From Trichinella spiralis (Eukaryota), in the NCBI RefSeq assembly GCF_000181795.1, contig NW_003526943.1, positions 7,523,566 to 7,587,565 of the forward strand: a stretch of DNA of 64,000 bases, written 5' to 3'. The notes beneath the pieces were generated by a model, which was not told where the DNA came from, searched no databases, and worked only from the letters and a program-made list of their open reading frames with translations. Below are positions 15,125-26,653 of this stretch, one piece after another. A program made the position numbers and the translations under genes. Positions within the stretch are counted from its first letter, which is position 1. Each line of letters opens with the position of its first letter.

Positions 15125-18100
15125 ATGGTTCACATTTCGGTATGGAATATATATATTTTTTTAAAATAATCTCTATTAATCTGTTTTTTTAATAAACTTA
15201 TTTCAGATTGACAGTAGTGCAAGCACGCACGCGCAACTTAACATTCGACCAACTAAGATCACTGCAAAAGTGATCATACTTACTTTGATAGCTGTGTTGA
15301 GTGGCTTTCTGTTCGGCTATGATACCGGTGTTGTTTCGGGTGCTATGCTAATTGTCAAAGTTCAATTTGATTTGGATGATATCTGGCAGGAGGTAGGCCA
15401 TCGTATTTTGCAATTCCTATCTTAATTTTGTTTACAGCAGAATTCAAATTACATCACATTTGCATAAGTTTTTTTGTTGCTTTTCTATTTATTGTTTATT
15501 ATCAGTAAGAATATTTTTAAAGATTCTTCTACTTTGTGAACAACAACAGCAACAACAAAACACTGCAGCTTGTTATTCTGGAATTCTTTGAAATGTATTT
15601 GAATATTATTGAAAAGTTAAAAAAACATAAGTATAACATGCTTTATACAGTTGGTTGTTTATTTGTTGATTAAGATGCACTTTTCAGTTTTTTTTGAGTG
15701 CGCTTAATCATTTGAACAAAAAGTTGATCATATTGTACACTGACAAATGCATTATTGTTTTTTATGTTGTTAGCAAAGTATTTATTTAATTTTTATTCAA
15801 GTGTTGATACTTTTTAAAATCAATTCAACCTAGCAAACATAAACGTAAAGTAAATGTAAATATAATTTAAAGCATGGAATGTATGTAAAAACTACATCTT
15901 CCATACAACATAGCATAGCATAACATAACATGTGATCAGAAATCAATTTTCATATTTTACTAATTGTATTATAAATTAACAAAATAGCAAATCAAATGGT
16001 TCATAAATTATTCTTCCCAATTTTTGTAAACCAGAAATGATGTTGTCATGATTAATTTTCATTTAAGTAATTTGTATAAATGTAATTTATTCAATAATGC
16101 TCATTTATTTTATATTCACTTCTTTTTCACTTTCGAACTGAAACTTGACAAGTAATTTTATTGAATTAAAAAAGATAAACTTTCAAGGTTGAAAAGGAAG
16201 TCAGTCATTCATTATAGAAATTTGTAAAATAATAAAATGCAGCCTAAAGAAATTTCAAAATTGAATAAGCAAATGATTGATCAATTTTTAATGAAAATTA
16301 AAAGTGATAGAAAGTAGTAATGTTATTTCAAAAATGTATCTTTTTTCATTTTTCATAATTTATTATTCATAATCTTGTTAACATCTTCTGACAAACATTT
16401 CAAAGATTACGATCATTTCAGTTGTCAGTGCAGCACATCTTACTTTTACAAATTTATTTTAACAATGCGCATTCTGAGAACTCCAATCATGACAGGAAAT
16501 TTTTATTTAATCACACAACCATATAAGTCTGTTTTATTCGCATTGTCATAAACATTTTTGAAACATTTTCATCAATTAATATTAATTTTTATTATTATTT
16601 AACTTTAATTATTTAAATCTTGAATCTTTAATGAAATTTTAAACTATAATGCTGTATATTTTTTTTCTAATGAGTTTAGTTAATTGTAAGTGTCACTGTT
16701 GGCGCTGCAGCAATTTTTGCCCTTATCGGTGGTTGGATGAATGAAAAATATGGAAGGAAAAAGTCCATTTTACTTTCCTGCGTATTGTTCGTTATTGGAT
16801 CTGTTATTCTTGGAGCAGCTAATAGCAGAGAAGTACTGCTTGTGGGCAGAGTCATTGTTGGAGCTGCAATTGGTAAATTCATTTCAAACTTTTTAAAATA
16901 AAACAATATTTTGACTGTATTGCATAACAAGGCTAGTTCTGGTTGTTTGAATATTTCATTTTTACTAAAATGTAATAAAATGCAACTTTTGTTTTTCTAT
17001 AAAATTATTTTAATTGCACCGCTCAAATTTCAGGCATTTCTTCAATGACAATTCCTGCATATATTGCTGAGACATCACCACCGCACATCCGTGGCCGTAT
17101 GATTGTAATGTTCCAGCTGCTCATCACATTTGGCTTTTGGGTATCTGGCTTATTAAACGCAGCGTTTAGCTACATTCCAGATGATAATGTGAACTGGAGG
17201 TAAATGAGAATAATTTTTACATTTGAATTATTAACTGTAATTTGAATAAATGAAAATAGACTCATGTTGGGCGTAGCTGCTATTCCTGCATTTATACAAT
17301 TTATTGGATTTATGTTCATGCCTGAAAGTCCCCGTTGGCTGGCAATGAAAGGCCAAGTTGAAAGTGCCTTCAACATTTTGACCGGCATATATGGAGAAGA
17401 TGACACCGGCGTGAAACTGGCTCAGAATGATATTGATCAAATTAAAGATGCCCAAGAACAAAGGGAAAAAGACAATGAAGCTAAAGGTAAACACTTATTT
17501 AAATTTATTTAATTGTACAAGCACTGATTTGTTCCTTTTATGCTTATTATTTACTTTTATTGGACATTTTTATTTATTTATTTTAAATAATGTTCAAATT
17601 GGGTTGATGTCGGCAATTTTTGGTAAAGCAGGAAGGTATCAATAACAATTTCCATCTTTAAATTAGAAAATGACTTGATTTGAATTATTCATTATACCAG
17701 TGGCTCTCAAAGTGTGGGTTGCGTAAAATGTCAAAGTAAGGGAGTAGTCTTTATGTTCATTAGGAGAGTTTTTCAAATTACTCATCAAAAATTGTTGGGT
17801 GAGCAATTAAACTTTGATTCAGTTACTGATGATCTGTAAATCACTATCTCCGGTTCTCACAGCACCCCGATGTTGTGGCTACAGGTATATCCACAAAGGC
17901 AGACGAATAATTAATCGATTTGTCTGAAGATTCTTCGTTTAAAATGAGTTTTGATCATAAAAGATTAACATATCCAAATGTTTCCATTGCAGCATTAAAA
18001 GTGCTGTCTCTTTTTACTACTTGCACATTTGTAAAGTTAGATTTTCAGCAGTATTGGAATTGAAAGCAAATTTCGAAATAAACTACAATTATCCAACATC

Positions 18101-20039
18101 TTGCATCTAAAACTAAAACGTATTAGTGTGGACGTCAAAGACAAAACAGGAAACAAACCCATTGTTCGCATGCACATCATTGTACATTTAACTAATAAAC
18201 TTATAAATTATAATTAGGTGTATTCATTAAAAAATTTAAAAGTATTAAACTAATATTTTTTATTTAACCCCCTTGCCTTTTATAATATGCAATCCAAGTC
18301 GATAGGTCGCAGCCGAGAAAAGTTTGAGAACCACTGCATTAGACAATAGTACTTATAGCAGTGCAAACAAAGCTGTACATTTGAAAACGACGTTCTACAA
18401 ATTAAAGATGACTTAAAGCCATCAGAAAAAGAAGTCCTCGTTTTAAATAAATAATAATTATTAAATGTTTTTAGGAAAAGAAAAATTTACATTTATTGCA
18501 ATGATAAAAAAGCCTGAAACTAGAAAAGCGTTGGTAATTGGATGCGCGATGCAAATGTTCCAACAGTTGTCCGGAATTAACACCGTAATGTACGTATCAA
18601 CATTGAAAAGAAGCTGTTTCCAACAATGTTAATTTTAATATTTTAAATGTTTAGGTATTACAGTGCTTCGATTGTTCAAATGGGTGGTGTCCGAAGCCGC
18701 ACCATGGCTATTTGGATGGCAGCAGTTACTTCAGGCTTCAATTTCTTTTGCACATTTATTGGAATATATCTCGTTGAAAGAGTTGGACGCAGAAAAGTTT
18801 TACTTGGAAGTACTTTAGGTAGCGCCAAATTTGATTATTAAATAAGCTGATTCGCTGCATATAATATTTTCAATTTTAAGGTGTTGTTTTAAGTTTGCTT
18901 GTTCTTGGCATTGGATTCACCATGATTTCAGTGGACTCACCTGTCCATGAATTTGATGAAATGCAATACGATGGTGGAAAATTCGCTGATTTAGCGATAC
19001 TTGATCCATGTCGTGGTTTAGGGTACGTAAAATTATTCCATTTTTATAACAAAGCATTCTTATGCATTTTAAATAATCCCACTAAATTACATAGCATATT
19101 AAATTTACATGTTTAGATGCGACGCATGCTCTTATCAAGAATCATGTGGATTTTGTTATGATCCAAGCAACCCATCATCAAATGGCTCTTGCGTTTCTAC
19201 ATACAGCGCTGTAGTTAATGGCCATCATGTGGAATCTAATCAATGGGCAAACTACGGACGTTGTGCCAGGAAAGATTTTTCATCACCCTTAACGTCAGAA
19301 ACTATTCAACTTGCAGAACCAAATACACAATTTGATTATGGCTACTGTATAACAAAATATTCATGGATTCCAATCCTTGCAATGGCCATTTATTTATGCT
19401 GCTTCTCTGTTGGTAAGAAAACTTTGATAACAAATAATTTAAATAATAACTTTAATACAACGCAAATTATTTAGGAATGGGAGGTGTGCCTTGGACCATT
19501 AATGCGTATGTTCAGAATATTGAAGCTTTTTACATATTTTATTCATTTATTTTATAAAAAATTTCAGTGAAATTTATCCAAACTGGGCCAGAAGCACCGG
19601 CACATCTATTGCAACGTTTGTAAATTGGTTTTTTAATTTGATTATTTCTCTTACATTTTTAACACTGGCTAGAGCAATTACACGCCAAGGTAAAAAGACC
19701 AAACTTTTGCTTTATTATATTTAAAATATTATATTACTTAGGAGCATTCTTTCTCTACGCTGCAATAAGTGCCATTGGAATGATCCTATTTTACTTGATT
19801 GTGCCTGAAACAAAAGGAATCAGCATTGAAGACATTGAAATTTTACTTAGAGGTTCATGGATATACAATGAAAAGTAGGCTTTTATGCTGTTACTTTCAA
19901 AATGTACTTTTCAAAACAAACATTTAAATTTATTAGAAAAGCCAAGAAGGTGGTAAAAGCCAGAAACTCAAAAGTTCATCCTGTTGACATTGTTATAAAT
20001 ACCGTTGCAGAAGAAGCAGAGAAAACCACCAGATTCTGA
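15125..20039 (+). CDS. hmit-1: MFS sugar porter, proton/myo-inositol cotransporter (HMIT/SLC2A13-like), multi-exon
   Basis: Exons from 15125-15139, 15207-15392 ([16 protein letters not shown]) and 16680-16872 (EKYGRKK). Later motifs [41 protein letters not shown], a Cys-rich loop ([13 protein letters not shown]) typical of HMIT, and VPETKG. Stop TGA at 20037-20039. Confidence 0.93.
17698..18336. mobile_element. Non-autonomous hAT (Buster/Charlie-type) MITE in a transporter intron
   Basis: TIRs CAGTGGCTCTCAAA and TTTGAGAACCACTG. The 8-bp flanks CATTATAC and CATTAGAC match at 7 of 8 positions and have a central TA. Confidence 0.88.
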
Positions 20040-21126
20040 TGTTAAATATTGGATACCATCTTTTATAATTCATAGAAAATTGTCCTTACTTTTAATCTGT
20101 ATTTCTATGTAAAATAAGCAAATGCTGCCTGTATGTAGAAAACATATGTTTATATACAAAATGTAGAATGCAATATGCAACTATGCATTATTTGTTACGC
20201 TCAACTTTATATTTGACAGTTATAATCAGCAGTTTGAAATTTTGCATGAACTTCTCTTGCCTCAGTTGTTTTTAATGTACATATTGTAAATGGAAAAATC
20301 AAAATAAACAATTTAATGCGTGATGTGTTTTATTAACAGTCATGACCTTGTGCAATATTTTACAATAAATCACTGGATTTTAATAAAAGCCATTTATTTC
20401 AATAAAAATGGTAGTTCTGTTTTGCCTTTTTTAAATAAGATGACATGATTTAAACAAAAGTAAATAGCAAATTTGCTTGCATATATAATTTTCATATGTA
20501 AAATTCATATTTACTTAACTTTAATGTAAAAATAAACAAATGTTTGTTAATTTCTTATATTAATGATTTTACAAACACAAAATGATGACACATAGCATTA
20601 ACTTTATACAAATTACGCATTTTTGTAAGTTTAACTTTAATTAATTATTAAAAAAATGAAAAAAAGTAAAAATATTTCAATTTCATAATGATAAATAAAA
20701 AGGCAATTGCTGTTGCCTTTTACAACATTTACTGGTTGCAAAACTTTGCATAATTTAAACATTGAAACAGCTTTAAAATTTATTCAAGTGAAAAAATAAA
20801 GCAATTTTGAAGTGCTGAACGAGTACAAAGCACCGGTGATGAAAACTGTATTAAAAATTTTTCCTGTTAATTAGCACACCAAGGACCAGTGTAAAAAAGT
20901 TTTAAGCCTTTTCCTTCTAAGAAGATGCTGCTTACCAATAGAATTGCTATAGTGCAAATTGTGCACTTATGAATTTCTTTTTCATCATCATGCTACTGAA
21001 TGTGAGAAAAACAGATTGCAGCCGAACAATGATACTGCCTTCCTGAGGGAAATATCTTGCATAGATGAAAACGTTACAGTCAGAGTAACAAAGAGATTAA
21101 AACAAATTAGCAGCAGATCGCTGAAT

Positions 21127-21685
21127 CTACTGTTCTTCTTCTTCTTGATTGGACATGTTAACCACAACAATTTCAGGCACTTCCACGTGATTTATCTTGT
21201 TGGAGCGAAACTGAGGCGGCGGTGGCGACAAAATATTCGAATCAAGAAATTTTGGACTGTCTTGATTCTTTGGTGAGCAAGGCGTTGTCTCCCCAGAACA
21301 ACCGCTAGGCACGTGAAATGATGAATGAGTTTCAGAATCGAAGCCATCATCACTTGTACCGTCATAATATTGAGAAGTAAAATTGACATTGGTTACCTTA
21401 AAATAAAATCATAGCATATAAAGACAAAATATACAAATACATATATACAAGAAATTTTGAAATACTTTCAGTTCTTCAAGCTTTTTGGCAGAATAATGCG
21501 GTGTACGCACGGCGTACGTGTTGTGGAAAAGGCTCCAATCTACCTGGTAACCGCCGTTTACTTTTTGATATGTGAACAACTTTTCAAATCTAAATGCTAT
21601 CAACGTTAAAGAAACAAATCAAATTCGACTAATATTTCACAAACATACCTGTGACCCCAGTTGATTTCAGAAGGCAGAATAAGAA
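21127..21685 (-). CDS. Inward-rectifier potassium channel (Kir/irk), last three exons only, truncated by an assembly gap
   Basis: Exons 21685-21649, 21589-21466 and 21396-21127 splice to LPSEINWGHRFEKLFTYQKVNGGYQVDWSLFHNTYAVRTPHYSAKKL. This matches the Kir C-terminal SYLxxEIxWGHRF...YxVDYSxFHxTY...TPxxSA motif. Confidence 0.88.
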
Positions 21686-21695
21686 NNNNNNNNNN

Positions 21696-22168
21696 GGTGG
21701 TAAGCCCTTGCAGCCTAGACGTGGTGGAAACTCCATAGGGGTTCGATTCTCGCTTCCCCCATGAAAATATCAAATATGATCCTAATGCATGTAGCACGGT
21801 GGTAAGCCATATAGCTTGACGTGCTGAACTCATAGGGTTCGATTCTCGCTGCCTCATGAAAATATCATGATATAATCGTGATGTGCGTTGCTCTACATCA
21901 GCACATCGGTAGCCGCGTTTATGTAATCGAAAGTCATGCAGTCTAACGTGCATACCAAAACGGAATCAGAAGCTCTTGCAGAACCGGAGCACCCCTCCAA
22001 CCATTTTATTCCAGAATGCTTACAGTGTGCGAAGGATACCTCCTTTTCACCAAAAGATTAAATAAGAATTCCTCTAAATGAGCATTCAAAAAAGAGACCA
22101 TGTTAGCATTCATACAAATTTTTCAATCGCACTGGCAATTAATAATGTGAACCTTAACAACTGGCCAC
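21696..22168 (+). repeat. tRNA-like repeat family, copy A (two tandem A/B-box units, divergent middle, conserved trailer)
   Basis: TAGCACGGTGG (A-box-like) and GGTTCGATTCT (B-box-like). The trailer ctctaaatgagcattcaaaaa...caaatttttcaa is shared with 32918-33014. Confidence 0.8.
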
Positions 22169-22798
22169 ATATGCAGCTCTGCCCTGCAATTATAACCTTT
22201 TACAGTATTTCTTGTTTGTAGGTGTTGTGTTTGTTAAATCTGTTAAAAATTTTGTTTTCATTTTGGTCAAATTTTTTTATCCAATTTTATTTATTCTATA
22301 AATATTTATCTACAGTTGTTCTTTTGCTAAATAATTATTTGCTATTTTTGTTTTCTAGTGTGTTTTCTAATTGCTTTAAATGTAATTTCAGTTGCTCTGC
22401 TCAGCGATCAGTTGTCTGATTAATTCACATAATCGAATACAGTTTTCGCCCTTATTCATAGTATATTGCTGTAGATCACATAAACTTACATCTGTGAATT
22501 AAACGAGAAAGAACAGACATGGTAAAAAATTCCATTTAAACAAATATCATTAAAATTTAATGCTAGAAATAAAATACTGCTAATAAATATTATGAATTAT
22601 TATTTTCAAATAATTGTAGTCTACAGATTACAATAAAATGATTTGAGAAAAAATTAGTGATATTTTATTTATTCATAATTTTATTAAATGAACATATAAA
22701 ATAAATATCAATTTCACAAATTTAAGCTTACGCATTAAACGTCAAAGTAATAACAAGTTAAAATGAATTACAATACAGAATAATATGAGTAGGAATAA

Positions 22799-23076
22799 TC
22801 ATTCTTTGTCGGCAGTTTTATTTCCAGTATGATCTGGATGTTGATTGCAGCTAAGTTTAACAAGCTTTTCATACAATTTTTCAGCTCCACGACAGCTTTG
22901 CATAAAGAGCCAAAGGAAAAAAGTTAATTTTAGCAACCAATAAAATGAGAAAATGTCGCCAATAAAGTGAGCAAAAAGATCACCAATGGTAAACAAACCA
23001 AAAGTAACCCAATAAAGCATCCATTGATTAAAATTGATTTTTTCTTCGACTTCGATCTCCATAATCGTTTTCATTG
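22799..23076 (-). CDS. TB2/DP1/HVA22 (REEP/Yop1) domain exon; upstream exons not found
   Basis: QWMLYWVTFGLFTIGD...FYWLLKLTFFLWLF...GAEKLYEKLVK matches the REEP5/DP1 core. A ttttcag acceptor lies two nt before an ATG. Confidence 0.75.
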
Positions 23077-23139
23077 CTGAAAATCCGTTAAAAATAAAAA
23101 TGATAAAATTTAATATTCGCAAAAATTAAAAAGAACATG

Positions 23140-23373
23140 AGAGCAATGCAAAAAAATATAAATAATAAAGTTGGAAATGAAAGAATTTATAAATAATGTA
23201 ATGTTTCGTAGTAAATATGCATTGCGTAATTTTATTAAGAATTAAAAGATATTAACCATTGGGCAGCGTGTAGCACGGTGGCAAGTCGTATAGCTTGACG
23301 TGCTGAACTCATAGGGTTCGATTCTCGCTGCCTCATTGAAAATATCATGATGTAATTGCAATGCGCGCTGCTC
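23140..23373 (+). repeat. tRNA-like repeat family, copy B (AT-rich leader plus one unit)
   Basis: Aligns with 32543-32772. A GGCAGCG...CGCTGCC stem encloses the A and B boxes (23262-23332). Confidence 0.82.
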
Positions 23374-24299
23374 AAAAGCAGGCATAAGTCGTGACATGTA
23401 TAATGAACAACAGTAAATAGCAGATGATAAGAGCAATTAGTGAAACAAACAAATGTAAGTGATCGCCTGATAGCAAATATGCATCAGGATGAAGATTCTG
23501 CAATGAATAAACCATAACATAAAATAACCTTTTCAAGGCAACATTAAATCGGCTCGGTGTTAGGTATATTAAGGCTTCAAGATACTACTCCCACGTACGC
23601 CTTTCGCCGTATATATCATGACCTGCTTGAACAGCAAATTGATAAGGATATTGCTTTAATACTAAAACAGACAGTGCTAAAGGTGGCGTATGAGCTTCAT
23701 TTCAATACTTTTGACAGGATAAATTATTGATAGAGAAATCGCTTAAGCCATTTTGGAATACACATGTTAATATCAGCACGGATGATCAGCTGAATGTTTA
23801 ATAAAATTGTTTGAGCAAGAAAGCACGTGACAGTTGTATCAGGTTTATGCACTGCTCAGAGATATGATCTCAGAGCATATTAAGAAAAATAACCTCGAGT
23901 TGTACAATGCAAAGATTAGCAATATGCATGCAATGGAACAGAGAGAAAAAAATTTTATCGCGCTTATGTCTCTAACCAGTGATCTGTCGTCGTCTTTCAT
24001 ATGCTATTCCTGCATTGCATCTTCTGTTGTTGTGCATTTTGTATGATATATTTTTATCACATCTTTTTACATTATCTTACTTCGTATTTTTTTCATTGGA
24101 TTATTGGATAGTATATATAGTATATATATGAGAAACGGAAGCATCTCTTACGTACCGGATCATCATTGTATGTGTTCTGCAGGGTAAAACGAAGGTTCGC
24201 TGGAAATGATACCCCAAATAATATATATTATAATTAGTGTACAGTTATTCATTTAAAGTTGTTTGACTGCTATTTTTCAGCTTGCATTTGCTTGGATTT

Positions 24300-24740
24300 T
24301 GTTAAGTACAAATTTTATGGTCATAATAGGTGCCGCCGAATGCGATGCCGTTGGACACCGTCACATTTGAAAGATGCTAAGACGTTAAAAGGCTGCTGTG
24401 ACTTTGAAGAATGGCTGTAATTGGACGATGGTGTTTGCGGTGCGAGTTGAGTAAAGTCGAGTACCGGAGAAGAGGGATTTAGCGGTTGACATCAGTGTAT
24501 TTACTTGCAATTTGCTGCCGTGACTTGAAGTGGTTTGTAATACAAGTTACGGGGTGTAACTAGTAGGCTTGCTTGTATTCCAAGCGGCTGCCGTGCCACT
24601 CATAAGTGTACACACCTCACTGTCGCGTCACCTAGCCCTGAGTGGGCAAGACTTATTGTTTTAGTGGTTACTGTATTATATCGAATAAAGGAAGCTTTGT
24701 ACTCCTGTTGTTGTTGATTGGCAATTCGATTAGGTTTACA
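24300..24740 (+). mobile_element. Probable solo LTR (BEL/Pao- or gypsy-type)
   Basis: GC-richer 441-bp block bounded by TGTTAA...TTTACA, with AATAAA near the 3' end (about 24684). The flanks tggattt and tcgattt are only an imperfect duplication. Confidence 0.45.
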
Positions 24741-25178
24741 TCGATTTCGCCCGCTAAAATTTTATTTTGTGATTGGCTGTTCGTTGATAGGGTATACGGC
24801 ATTTGATCAGTAATTGTGAACAATTTATGCTATTTTATTAGTTATTCAATTTTATGGGGTAACTGGGAGACTGACTTACACCACTTGATTAGTCCTCAGC
24901 TATGATCAGTAATTGGATGATTATTTCTCGAATATGGGTGCACTAGCACTAAATTACCTTATATGAATATAAGTAATCATATTTCGCACTTTTCAAAAAA
25001 ACACTTTTTTAAGATATAATGTAGAATAGTAGATATTTAGTTTTTGAAGGCATATTAGACTTTAAAAATAATGCTTTTAAAACGCTTCACACAATTCACT
25101 GATTACAGGAGATTATCTTATTACTTCAATTTTATTTGTGCAATTTTTCTTTTGTAATTTTATTTCTTCAAGTCTATG

Positions 25179-25719
25179 CTAATCAAAAGACCTCTTTTTT
25201 CTGATATTCGCTAGAAACGCTTCAGAACTAGGCAAATGTATAACATACAAATTTGTCGTCAGATTGACACCTTTACAGTAATATAATGAACGTACTTGAG
25301 AGTTAGAATTCAAGGGAATTCTACAATATGTAAATACATTGCTAAATAACAATAAATGATTAAAGATTTGCATTAAAATTGCATAGGGATGTTAATGTAA
25401 TGGATACTTATTTTCAAAAGTGCAACTTTCAACTTTTAAATTATCATAATGCATCATTTTAAACTGTAATTTTAAACTTTGATATAAATTTAAAATATTG
25501 AAAATTAAGATTAAGCTATTAAAAGTTTAAAAAATTTTTCTTCATTAAAGAATTGCACATTTGAGACATCTATTAGGATTTTTTAGTTAATTAAATATTA
25601 AGCTCTTATGGTATACATAGATACGAAGCGTTTTTATATAGATGAATCATGAAAAGATCGTTTAAACCAACAACAAAAATAGCCAGTAGAATTGTCAAGC
25701 CAACCAAATTAACCACCAT
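25179..25719 (-). CDS. Small two-exon secreted or signal-anchored protein, 85 aa
   Basis: Exon 25719-25625 (MVVNLVGLTILLAIFVVGLNDLF...) joins exon 25341-25179 in frame through a phase-2 GT-AG intron. It has two Cys and ends RKKRSFD. Confidence 0.55.
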
Positions 25720-26653
25720 GTATGTTTGCCCGCCATTGGCATCCCGAAATTGTGAGTGGAAAATATTAGCTGAAATACAGTAAGATTAACCTTACTTTAC
25801 ATTGCAACAATTTTTATTCAACCTGAAAAGGCTAAAAATTAATGCATAATCCAGTAAAATTCAATGTATTTATAAAACTTAACTTAAATTAATATTTACA
25901 ACTGAATTTTATTATTTTATTCTTTATAATTAAAATCTCTTTTATTTGAAAATTAAAATAATACTTGAAAGGAAAATTACAGTAAACGCATTTTACTTTA
26001 CATTTCGTTATATCGTAGGTGTGCTGTTTGATAACTTTTTGCGACATTTTAATAATAACTTTTTACGGTAATTCTTTTATTTTTATTTAATCCTTCTTTA
26101 TGCCGGATTTTAAGGCATACCTTTTATTATATGTTTTAGTGTTTTTGCTATTCTGAATAAGTTTTCAGTTGTTTTATAGGATAAAGGTTTAATAATGGTA
26201 ATTTAATGACTACTTTTTATTACATGTTTCCGGTTTATTTTTGTTTTGAAATCATGCAGAAGATGTCATGGATGGGAATATGTTAAAGAACTGAGCAGTT
26301 TACTTAACTAAGACTTAAAATAGTGATTTCTTTCCTTAAATATTTGCGCTTGTTTTTACTAATTAATGAATATCTGTAACGAAAAGTTATGCGTTTATTG
26401 GTTTTCGAAAACTCTAATATTTATGACGAAGAACATTAAAATATGATATTTTGAAAAAAATTTTTTTATATTCTGATTTACGATTGCTAATTTGTTTGGC
26501 TAATAATATGTGTTACCACTGATGATGATTGTACATGAAATAGCATAATGAATCATTAGTTGTGAAGTAAATTGTACTTAAATTCACTATTCAAGTTTTT
26601 TTAGCGTTGTTCTTTTTAATTATGAAATTTTGGATTTTAGAAATTTTTTGAAA

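Noticed and set aside
23262..23335. Functional tRNA-Val(GAC)
   Set aside because: The T-stem and D-stem cannot form properly, there is no terminator, and it is embedded in a larger repeat.
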